A stretch of DNA of 8,447 nucleotides from a virus (IMGVR_UViG_2734482772_000013:1-8447); one strand, 5' to 3'. Counted from the first letter of the stretch, positions 1-6,621 are shown. The notes: generated by a model not told the origin, from the letters alone. Program-made: numbers and translations.

Positions 1-2013
1 GTCAAAACCATTTTCGCGGGCGCTGTCTTCCGCTTCCGGTTTACGTCTTACCAGCTTCCAGTTATCCGGATGCGTGCACACACGGGAGGATTCCCCGATG
101 AATGGCGACCAGATCCCGTAAATCTGTACACTCTGTTCGCCGTAATCGTTCAGCTCATCTGCGAGGTCGTAGGCTGTGCGAATCAGGTAGTCCTTGCGCG
201 GAACAAGTACGCCACCCTGTTTTTCAATGTAGGTGGCAAAACATCCGGCATCAGCGGCAGCGAGTACCGCATCCATTGCGTCATCCTTCAGCCGTTGCGG
301 GCCTTCCGGGTTGCGTGCCATCTGGCTGGCAAGGCGGCGCAGTTCACGCCACACCTGACGGGAGGGGATGCCAAAGAACTGGAACTGGCGGACCCGATGA
401 AGGCGCGCCCAGCCGATGGCGCGCTCCACGCTCTCGGCCATTGATTTTCCGGTTTCGTGGTCAACGCGTGGTTTGCCCGTTTTCGGGTCGATTCCATCCA
501 CGGCGCGGCTGTCCAGGTTTTTTCCGATGTAGGTGGCGATGTAGCTGGTTGGCGTGCCTTTGGAGCCGTCGACGTACTCCACCTTAAAGCGCGGAGTAAT
601 ATCATTGCCCAGCTCGTGGCGGTCTTCCTGAATGGCAATATCGCGGGTGATGGCCACGATGCTGTCGATTTCTTCCGGATGAGCAAAGACCATCATATGC
701 CAGTGCACGGTGCCGTCATGGTGAGGCTCCACCGTGCGGATGCCATACCAGCGCAGGCCGTCGCGGTTCAGTTTTTTGCGGACCGCCGCAAAAAACGTGT
801 TAACCAGGTAATCGCTGGAGTCGCGCATGGTGGCCCCGTTCCATTTGGGATTCGGATGACCGTTCTCTGTTGTGGCGTGGTATTTTGACGGGCAGGTGAC
901 AGTCAGAAACACCGCTTTGTCGCCACGGGCTTCGGCCAGAAGTTCCAGTCCCTTCATGGTGGCCATCATTTCTGCCTTACGGTGAACCGGGTTACTTACT
1001 CCCGCGTAATACACTGTCTCGAGATCAATCGTGAAACCGTCTTCGTTTTCCAGTTCGAAGCTCTTCAGGAAGTCGCGGGTTTTCTCGCGCTGTGCGCGAA
1101 ACTCGCTTAACGCGTCCTGGCTCAGATAGGGTGATGTTTTTCTGGAAACCAGACAGGCGGCGCGGAGTTGTTCTTCTCTCCACTCACAACGTAACAGCCA
1201 CAGTTTGCGTTTCCACCAGTCCGCACAGGTCAGGCGAAGGATTGCGCCCGGCAGCAGTTCCGTATCCGGTTCGTTCCTCCGGTCTTTATCTGTTGTCAGT
1301 GCGTCATAATGTGGAGGCATAGCGTGCAGGTGTAACGCCATGCGGGCCAGCATCTGATACGCCTTCAGCGTTACATCCATGGTCAGTTCGCCATCAGTCG
1401 CGCCAAAGCCATCGCAGAGTTTTTCGAAGGTGCTGCTGAACATCGCTGCCGTCATGGTGGCCAGCGTCTGTATCTGGTGTTTGTTGAGCTGCGGCAGGTA
1501 AAGCAAATCGTCCAGGCGTTCGCGTCCGGCAAGGGAGCGATAACCCGGTGTCAGCCAGCGTCCGTCAGTGCGATCCAGACGTTCGAATATTTTGCGCAGG
1601 GTTCCGCGTGCATAGCGTTCCGCCTGCCAGCTCTTTTTGCCTTTCCGGCGATCGGCTTCCTGTTTTTTGCGCAGGAAGGAGAGGTGGCGAATAAGCGGAT
1701 CGCGCAGATAGTACGGCAGCAGGCGGAGCGAGGCCATGGCTTCATCCACCGCGCCGCGTGCCTGTTTTCTGGCGTCTCCTGCCAGTGTGATGGTTTTGTC
1801 CTGTTTTTCCTGTGCATCCAGGCTTTTATTAATCAGGTTGCCCAGCGGCGTGGCGGAGAACGCCGCATCAGCCATTTCCTGGCGGCGCTCATTCTCTGCC
1901 CGGTAGGCATCCAGCCAGGAGGAAAGCGCGGATTCAGGAGTGGGGATCCCCGTTCCTTCACGCCCCACTGCGTGGCGCGGTTGTTGCCAGTCCCTGATGT
2001 ACTCTGCCGTCAT
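1..2013 (-). CDS. Rolling-circle replication initiator / replication endonuclease (P2 gpA-like, HUH superfamily), partial: N-terminal ~671 aa, C-terminus beyond window start
   Basis: Hand translation of the minus strand from ATG at 2013 stays open to position 1 (671 codons). It contains TVHWHMMVF (HUH metal-binding motif, codons at 720..661) and YIATYIGK (catalytic Tyr pair). Absent from the ORF track probably because there is no in-window stop. The plus-strand ORFs listed here are antisense artefacts. Confidence 0.85.
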   Translation of the reverse strand, partial: MTAEYIRDWQQPRHAVGREGTGIPTPESALSSWLDAYRAENERRQEMADAAFSATPLGNLINKSLDAQEKQDKTITLAGDARKQARGAVDEAMASLRLLPYYLRDPLIRHLSFLRKKQEADRRKGKKSWQAERYARGTLRKIFERLDRTDGRWLTPGYRSLAGRERLDDLLYLPQLNKHQIQTLATMTAAMFSSTFEKLCDGFGATDGELTMDVTLKAYQMLARMALHLHAMPPHYDALTTDKDRRNEPDTELLPGAILRLTCADWWKRKLWLLRCEWREEQLRAACLVSRKTSPYLSQDALSEFRAQREKTRDFLKSFELENEDGFTIDLETVYYAGVSNPVHRKAEMMATMKGLELLAEARGDKAVFLTVTCPSKYHATTENGHPNPKWNGATMRDSSDYLVNTFFAAVRKKLNRDGLRWYGIRTVEPHHDGTVHWHMMVFAHPEEIDSIVAITRDIAIQEDRHELGNDITPRFKVEYVDGSKGTPTSYIATYIGKNLDSRAVDGIDPKTGKPRVDHETGKSMAESVERAIGWARLHRVRQFQFFGIPSRQVWRELRRLASQMARNPEGPQRLKDDAMDAVLAAADAGCFATYIEKQGGVLVPRKDYLIRTAYDLADELNDYGEQSVQIYGIWSPFIGESSRVCTHPDNWKLVRRKPEAEDSARENGFD

Positions 2014-2019
2014 AGTGAT

Positions 2020-2385
2020 TTACTTCGTCATGCCATTCAGGGTGTCGCGGCAGACTGTAGCCAGCCGCTGAATTTCCAGCACGGTGTCTTCTGTGTCGGC
2101 ATGGCGATGTGTGATGCGGATGCTGTCGGCAATCACATCGACGATTGCAGAGGATGGGCGCTGGTAAATGCCAATAACGGACGGTGTGCCGCCTTCAATG
2201 CGGTAAAGCCTGTAATTTCCCTCGTGGCTGTCAATCATGTAGCGACCATCAATAACAATCTTTCCGTCAGCGAGCTGCGGTACAGGCAGGGATTTCAGGT
2301 ACATGTCATAACGTTCACGCACGCGAACGGCAAGATCACGCTCTGTGTTGAGCAGGTATTCAAGAAAGTCGTTGGCGAGAATCAT
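2020..2385 (-). CDS. Hypothetical early-operon protein, 121 aa
   Basis: ORF track; SD-like AAGAGGA about 10 nt upstream of ATG; stop 6 nt before the A-gene start; position equivalent to the small ORFs preceding gene A in P2/186. Confidence 0.6.
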   Translation of the reverse strand: MILANDFLEYLLNTERDLAVRVRERYDMYLKSLPVPQLADGKIVIDGRYMIDSHEGNYRLYRIEGGTPSVIGIYQRPSSAIVDVIADSIRITHRHADTEDTVLEIQRLATVCRDTLNGMTK

Positions 2386-2457
2386 TGCGGCAATCCTCTT
2401 GATACAGATGTGCGAAGGCCTCCCGCCGCAAGGTGCAGGAAAGGCCCGGAACAGGAA

Positions 2458-2688
2458 TTAATGGAGTTTGTTTTGCTGCTGGATGAGCTGCTGAAGCTCG
2501 CGCAGATCATCCGCCAGATAGCTAAATACTGCGGCGGAGTAGGCGTTTGACAGCACGTGGCTGTGCTCATGTGACATGTTGATGAACATGATACGAGCGA
2601 CGCGTGATGCGCGGTAAAGTCTGCGGTTGATTTCAGTCTGGATGTGACGACGCTCCGCGATAGCGCGGTGCTGTTTGCGGTTTGCCAT
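2458..2688 (-). CDS. Hypothetical small basic protein, 76 aa
   Basis: ORF track; good SD (AAAGAGG) about 9 nt upstream of ATG at 2688; first gene after the non-coding terminator region. Confidence 0.55.
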   Translation of the reverse strand: MANRKQHRAIAERRHIQTEINRRLYRASRVARIMFINMSHEHSHVLSNAYSAAVFSYLADDLRELQQLIQQQNKLH

Positions 2689-2866
2689 GGTGTGGCCTCT
2701 TTGGTTGTAAGTTTTGAAAACTCACCATCCAGAGGTGGAAAACTCGGGGTGGTGAGACGTACAGGGTTTCCACAACCGGCAACCAAAGAACCCGGCCCGA
2801 CCGAAGTCGGCCCCATACGCCCCACCATAATTCGTGTGCGAAAAAGACGTGGCGATACGGTACGCA

Positions 2867-2890
2867 CAAAAAAACCGCTGGCGCGGTTGT
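2867..2890 (-). terminator. Putative rho-independent terminator for minus-strand transcription
   Basis: Read on the minus strand: AACCGC-gcca-GCGGTT stem-loop running directly into a T-run (plus strand shows A-run 2868..2874 then ccgctggcgcgg). Confidence 0.45.
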
Positions 2891-3027
2891 GCGCTTTGGT
2901 TGTCAGCGGGGTGGAAATCCCGGCACCCGTTTTATGAGGTGCAGCGGAAATGTAACCTGACTGATTGCGGCATGGCAAGCGGTTTTTTTGTGAGAACGGC
3001 ATACTAAAAAAAATCCTGATACTGCTC

Positions 3028-3052
3028 CGGCCAGCGATTTTCACTGGCCGGG
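3028..3052 (-). terminator. GC-rich hairpin immediately 3' of the SPFH gene stop; possible terminator or mRNA-stabilising stem-loop
   Basis: CCGGCCAG-cgattttca-CTGGCCGG 8-bp perfect stem starting 6 nt after the stop codon at 3058. On the minus strand a T8 run follows only about 13 nt later (3006..3013 on plus), so it is not a canonical terminator geometry. Confidence 0.4.
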
Positions 3053-3057
3053 TTTAA

Positions 3058-3888
3058 TTACTTCACCGGAACAAACGGAACAGCGGTGTTGCTGGTCATG
3101 TATTGCGGCAGCGTGCCGTTCCATTTGTTGATTGCTTCCAGCTCCATAACGCCGGGATTCTGGCGCAGAGCTTCACCGCGTAAACGAATGGCGTCGGCTT
3201 CAGCCTGGGCTTTTGTGCGAATGGCATCAGCCTGTCCGGCAGCTTCTGCGCGCAACATGTTGGCTTCTGCTTCGCGTTGCTTGACTTCCTGTTCGCGTTG
3301 CAGGGTTTTCTGGTTTGCCGTGACTTTGGCGTTAATGCTGTCGATAACGGTTGGCGGATATTCCGGTTTACCGACATAAGAGAGGCTCATGACCTGAATG
3401 CCGATAGGTGTCATTTCTGACTGAATGTCTTTAAGTGCTGAATCCAGCAGTTCAGACTTGCCACCGTCGATAAACTTATCGGTGGTCATTTTGCTGGCCA
3501 GTCGGTTGAGTGCATCGGCGATCTTCTGGCGCAGGTCAGTGTCGGTAATGTCATCCACGCCTTTGCGGTAGGTCTGAAACACTGTGGTAACTTTGGATGG
3601 ATCAACCTTGTAGGCCACACCGATGTGATAGCCGATGGTTGTGCCGTCACTCATCTGAAAGCTGAACGGCTCATCGTAGGTCTTCATTTGTTTGAAGGTC
3701 GGGAAGATGTAAACCTCGGTATTCCAGCCAGTCCAGTAGCGGCCAACGCCAACCACTTCGCCAACGCCTTTGTCGTCGCCCAGCTTGTTGACTTTGATGC
3801 CCACATTACCTGGCTCAACGCGATCGCAGCCAACCAGCAGGATGGCGGCAAAAAGCGGGAGAATCTGAAAGAGTTTGAATTTCTTCAT
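3058..3888 (-). CDS. SPFH / band-7 (prohibitin-flotillin-HflK/C family) domain lipoprotein, 276 aa
   Basis: N-terminal signal peptide with lipobox (LLVGC); core with the SPFH-like pattern GNVGIKVNKLG...EVYIFPTF; Ala/Glu-rich coiled-coil C-terminus (AEANMLRAEAAGQADAIRTKAQAEADAIRLRGEALRQNP) as in HflC/prohibitin C-terminal regions. Start overlaps the upstream stop (ATGA). Confidence 0.85.
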   Translation of the reverse strand: MKKFKLFQILPLFAAILLVGCDRVEPGNVGIKVNKLGDDKGVGEVVGVGRYWTGWNTEVYIFPTFKQMKTYDEPFSFQMSDGTTIGYHIGVAYKVDPSKVTTVFQTYRKGVDDITDTDLRQKIADALNRLASKMTTDKFIDGGKSELLDSALKDIQSEMTPIGIQVMSLSYVGKPEYPPTVIDSINAKVTANQKTLQREQEVKQREAEANMLRAEAAGQADAIRTKAQAEADAIRLRGEALRQNPGVMELEAINKWNGTLPQYMTSNTAVPFVPVK

Positions 3889-4088
3889 TGTTTGATTTCC
3901 TTGATGTACTTACTGAAAAGGCGAACAACGCCTGCCGGGTACAGCATGGCAATGAAAATGCCCAGCAATACCAGGAAGGAGCTGTCTGATGAAATCATTC
4001 GGGGGAGTAGTCCTGCATACAGAATGAGAGAGACGAGGACGCATACCAGCGCCCACATGTATGCGCGAAACCAGGTCTTTTTGTTCAT
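3885..4088 (-). CDS. Small integral membrane protein, 67 aa, two predicted TM helices; partner of the SPFH lipoprotein
   Basis: Two hydrophobic stretches (WALVCVLVSLILYAGLL and FLVLLGIFIAMLYPAGVV); SD AAGGGA about 8 nt upstream; stop overlaps the SPFH start (ATGA coupling). Confidence 0.65.
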   Translation of the reverse strand: MNKKTWFRAYMWALVCVLVSLILYAGLLPRMISSDSSFLVLLGIFIAMLYPAGVVRLFSKYIKEIKQ

Positions 4089-4099
4089 GCTGCGATCCC

Positions 4100-4396
4100 T
4101 TACTGGTTAAGGAAAAAATCAAAAACGTTATTGATGCGTTGTAATAACTCGCGCTGTATTGCTTCCGGTGTTTCTGATTCACCTGGTGACTCCAGCGTCG
4201 CGCAAAAATCCTTGATTTCATGATGGAGCGTCAGGCGAATGGCAGGGGCCGTGGTTCTGGCGTGCTCCAGCTCATCCAGCAGTGCCAACACCACTGACGG
4301 TTGTAAGCTCACGCGAGATGGTAGTGATTCATGGAGGGGTATTCTTTGCACGGCAGTCGCCAGTTCGCGTAGTTCCTGGTGGTTGATGATGCTCAT
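4100..4396 (-). CDS. Hypothetical acidic protein, 98 aa
   Basis: ORF track; SD AAGGAA about 8 nt upstream; ATGA overlap with the upstream gene's stop. Confidence 0.6.
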   Translation of the reverse strand: MSIINHQELRELATAVQRIPLHESLPSRVSLQPSVVLALLDELEHARTTAPAIRLTLHHEIKDFCATLESPGESETPEAIQRELLQRINNVFDFFLNQ

Positions 4397-4638
4397 GCTC
4401 TGGCTTCCTTCAGTAACTGGTTAAACATATTGGTAAGTGGATTGCCGCACCCGAACGGCATCGGGTTTACCTGGTAAGAGAAGCGACCACCTGTTTTGCG
4501 CTCTTTTCTTATGACTGAACCGCTACGCCAGAGTCGGCGTAACTCCGCATTAATAGCTGTGGTTGGGGTATTCAGTGCTGCGGCGATTTCTCCACCGCTA
4601 CACCCCGGATTGGCGGCGATATAGTCCAGAATGGTCAT
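4393..4638 (-). CDS. Winged-helix DNA-binding protein (putative transcriptional regulator), about 81 aa; alternative start at 4644 (83 aa)
   Basis: Helix-turn-helix then wing pattern (GGEIAAALNTPTTAINAELRRL ... VIRKERKTGGRFSYQV). ATG at 4638 overlaps the upstream stop (ATGA) and has better SD spacing (AGGAG 8 nt upstream) than ATG at 4644. Confidence 0.6.
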   Translation of the reverse strand: MTILDYIAANPGCSGGEIAAALNTPTTAINAELRRLWRSGSVIRKERKTGGRFSYQVNPMPFGCGNPLTNMFNQLLKEARA

Positions 4639-4838
4639 CTGCATGACTCCTGTACCTGTCGGATAAGGTTCACCCGCACCACGTTGGTGGCGCAGAAGTA
4701 AGTGCCGTCAGTGAGGTAGATGTGGTGTGCATCCTTTTCTGAACGGTGTTTGTCGATTGTGGTAATCAGGCGTTCGTCGACTTCGTATTCACGTCCTCTG
4801 GAGGTAAAACGAACGACAGGAAAATGCTTAATTGCCAT
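4635..4838 (-). CDS. Hypothetical protein, 67 aa
   Basis: ORF track; strong SD AAGGAGG just upstream of ATG at 4838; first gene after an 86-nt AT-rich gap. Confidence 0.6.
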   Translation of the reverse strand: MAIKHFPVVRFTSRGREYEVDERLITTIDKHRSEKDAHHIYLTDGTYFCATNVVRVNLIRQVQESCR

Positions 4839-4924
4839 TACGCCTCCTTGGCGTGTGCGAATACCTCCGCGAATGCGGATTGTTTTTACATTTTCTTATT
4901 TAACCTGTGGTTTTATTTGCTCTG

Positions 4925-5038
4925 TTATTCGCCAGTGAAAAAGCGTTCAATCTTTTTTACTGAATGAATAATTCGCATAATCCCAATGGCGCAGGCCACC
5001 GAAATAATCAGAACAAACCATGAGATAAATATACTCAT
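4925..5038 (-). CDS. Small hydrophobic peptide, 37 aa (MSIFISWFVLIISVACAIGIMRIIHSVKKIERFFTGE), single predicted TM helix; absent from the ORF track
   Basis: Hand-translated minus-strand ORF; ATG at 5038..5036 overlaps the TGA of the upstream 80-aa gene (ATGA coupling); ends TAA at 4927..4925. Composition is a hydrophobic helix followed by a basic tail. Confidence 0.45.
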   Translation of the reverse strand: MSIFISWFVLIISVACAIGIMRIIHSVKKIERFFTGE

Positions 5039-5277
5039 GCGATATTCCCCAGCTTATACGGTTCAATGTGTTCCCCGCATTCTGCGGCACAGATCAGCTC
5101 GGAAAGTTCGTTAAGTGCATCCAGATCATCAGCGTAAAAAGCAACGTCATACAAACTCCGGATTGCCCTGGTCAATGAGTCACGGGCTGCACGTTCAGCA
5201 TGAGCGCCTGATGCACTTAAGCGAAAATAAAATCGTTCAAGTGCTTTGTTAATGAGAGTTTTATATTCTTTGCCCAT
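5035..5277 (-). CDS. Hypothetical protein, 80 aa
   Basis: ORF track; SD AAAGGG about 7 nt upstream; 11-nt spacing from the upstream gene. Confidence 0.6.
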   Translation of the reverse strand: MGKEYKTLINKALERFYFRLSASGAHAERAARDSLTRAIRSLYDVAFYADDLDALNELSELICAAECGEHIEPYKLGNIA

Positions 5278-5288
5278 CGCAACGCCCT

Positions 5289-5576
5289 TTAATCTGCTTT
5301 CTGAATTTCAGCTTCTGAATCCATACAAATAATTTCGATATAAGGTTCATCGCCATTAGCCTGGCGTGCCTTTTCAGCTTCACTAATGATTTCTCGTACG
5401 GTCTGGTACGGAAGTTCCACAAGCAGTCGCGTGCCGTTCAGATAAACGTAAGTGGCTTCGTTGACTCCGTTTTTACCCGCCGGAGCCACTCCATCAATAG
5501 CGGATGCGCGTAATAACAGTTCACCGCGAAAATCAATAAAACGGATAAATACACCTTGTGCATGCTCTTTGGTCAT
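5289..5576 (-). CDS. Hypothetical protein, about 95 aa (ORF track gives a 115-aa version from 5636 that would overlap the upstream gene by 50 nt)
   Basis: ATG at 5576 is preceded by AGGTG and lies 10 nt after the upstream stop at 5587; chosen over the longer ORF for operon packing. Confidence 0.55.
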   Translation of the reverse strand: MTKEHAQGVFIRFIDFRGELLLRASAIDGVAPAGKNGVNEATYVYLNGTRLLVELPYQTVREIISEAEKARQANGDEPYIEIICMDSEAEIQKAD

Positions 5577-5586
5577 AAAGCACCTG

Positions 5587-5925
5587 TTATAAATCAGCCT
5601 GTTTAATAAAACTTTGTCCGCGAAGCAGACGATCAACCGTGCGTAGTGCTTCGTATAATGTGAAATCCTGCCCGAACTGATTGTCGCCGCAGCTCAATGC
5701 AAAAATGCGGTTTCCGGTAAACGGATTGCGTGGGCATTTGTGGACCACGATTCCAGCTTTCTCAATCAACCAGGCATGCTCGCCGATTTGTTTTACTGGG
5801 TAGCCATCCGGCGTTGCGTGTGTTTCGCTCAGGCTGTAGCGAGAGCTGCTACGTGATGCGCTGGTAGCGAAACGGTTAGCGTGGCGTTCTGTTCCGGTGC
5901 GAAAATTACGGCGTTGCTTCAGCAT
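5587..5925 (-). CDS. Hypothetical protein, 112 aa
   Basis: ORF track; AGGTG SD about 10 nt upstream; starts 14 nt after the cox-like stop. Confidence 0.6.
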   Translation of the reverse strand: MLKQRRNFRTGTERHANRFATSASRSSSRYSLSETHATPDGYPVKQIGEHAWLIEKAGIVVHKCPRNPFTGNRIFALSCGDNQFGQDFTLYEALRTVDRLLRGQSFIKQADL

Positions 5926-5939
5926 AAAATGACACCTCG

Positions 5940-6218
5940 TTATTTTGTCATCTGCACGTATTTCTCTGCGCTCCTGATTGTTTTCAGGAAAAGAGCGAAG
6001 AGATTTACTGTGCGTCTTGAGTTCTTTTCACCCTGGTTGATGGGAATCGAACCTCTGTCAGCCTGTCTTTTCACTGTGTTAACAGCTTGTTTGGTACGCT
6101 TTGCGTAATCTTTCAGGCTTTCTTCAAGTATTGGTAATCCATGCTCATCGCGGTATGGGTAGAACGCCGCTAAACGCTCAATGTCTTCCTGTTCGTATGT
6201 ATTCAAGACCTCTGCCAT
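5940..6218 (-). CDS. Cox/Apl-like small DNA-binding regulator-excisionase, 92 aa (first gene of the early operon)
   Basis: Position (first gene divergent from the repressor) and size (P2 Cox is about 91 aa); putative HTH segment LKDYAKRTKQAVNTVKRQADRGSIP. Function assigned by synteny and motif, not by a measured alignment. Confidence 0.55.
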   Translation of the reverse strand: MAEVLNTYEQEDIERLAAFYPYRDEHGLPILEESLKDYAKRTKQAVNTVKRQADRGSIPINQGEKNSRRTVNLFALFLKTIRSAEKYVQMTK

Positions 6219-6309
6219 GATGTGATAACCTGTTCTATCTGTGGTTATTTGTTACCGAAAGTCGTCGGTAGACTACTTTTGAGATTAATTTAGTCGTCTG
6301 GAGACCACC
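6219..6309. promoter_or_regulatory. Divergent immunity switch region (expected early and repressor promoters plus operators)
   Basis: 91-bp gap between divergent cox-like and C-like genes; 14-bp direct repeat AGTCGTCgGtAGAC (6260..6273) and AGTCGTCtGgAGAC (6292..6305), 12/14 identical, 32 bp apart. -35/-10 elements could not be assigned confidently. Confidence 0.5.
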
Positions 6310-6621
6310 ATGTCAAGTGGGTATGAAAAAAAACTGAAAGAGATACGGAAGAGTGAAGGGTTAACTCAAGTTGAGTTTGCCGATGTTACCGGGATAAATC
6401 TCGGAACTATAAAGAATTATGAGAGTGGCAAAAGAGAGGTTGGTTTAAGCGTTGTCGATCGCGTAATTAATTCTAAAGATTTCGAAAAGTACACAATGTG
6501 GCTTATGACGGGAAAAACAAATGAGGCTGCAGGGCAGATCAGTCCGTCTCTCTCCCCTGATGGGCCAGAAAACACATCGCCTTCTCAAAAACTCCGCAAA
6601 ACTGGCACACAGCCCGGCTAA
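6310..6621 (+). CDS. Immunity repressor, XRE-family HTH (P2 C-type), 103 aa
   Basis: HTH_XRE pattern (LTQVEFADVTGINLGTIKNYESGKR); size and position immediately upstream of int on the same strand as in P2 (C about 99 aa); GGAGA SD 7 nt upstream. Confidence 0.85.
   Translation: MSSGYEKKLKEIRKSEGLTQVEFADVTGINLGTIKNYESGKREVGLSVVDRVINSKDFEKYTMWLMTGKTNEAAGQISPSLSPDGPENTSPSQKLRKTGTQPG

Noticed and set aside
2013-2385. Possibility that the 121-aa ORF and gene A form one gene interrupted by a stop codon (pseudogene or read-through), since both are in the same frame separated by TAA plus two codons
   Set aside because: The fused product would be well over 790 aa plus the missing C-terminus, longer than P2-type A proteins (about 760 aa); an ATG at 2013 and small ORFs immediately upstream of A are the normal P2/186 arrangement; same frame has a one-in-three chance probability.
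1477-2550. 357-aa plus-strand ORF, plus the other plus-strand and internal ORFs at 70..444, 102..587, 457..888, 288..686(-), 1092..1322 and 1551..1817(-)
   Set aside because: All lie inside or antisense to the uninterrupted minus-strand replication-initiator frame (1..2013), have low-complexity or Arg/Cys-rich translations typical of wrong-frame reads of GC-rich coding DNA, and lack convincing ribosome-binding sites.
2382-3044. 220-aa minus-strand ORF spanning the non-coding region and the 76-aa gene
   Set aside because: Ser/Thr/Pro-rich low-complexity translation; overlaps the better-supported 76-aa ORF (good SD) in another frame and runs through the terminator-like hairpins; the 2644..2937(+) and 2633..2869(-) ORFs are rejected for the same reasons.
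2689-3057. tRNA or other RNA gene in the long non-coding region (considered as an integration target or phage tRNA)
   Set aside because: No T-loop (GTTCRANYC-like) or cloverleaf arrangement found by eye; the hairpins are better explained as terminators or regulatory structures. Not excluded without a covariance-model scan.
3625-4221. Overlapping ORFs 3625..4110(+) and 3910..4221(-)
   Set aside because: Antisense or out-of-frame relative to the well-supported SPFH, two-TM and 98-aa genes, which show coupling and SD sequences.
4720-4967. Plus-strand ORFs 4720..4938 and 4746..4967
   Set aside because: Overlap the minus-strand 67-aa gene and the AT-rich gap; no SD; hydrophobic or low-complexity translation from AT-rich sequence.
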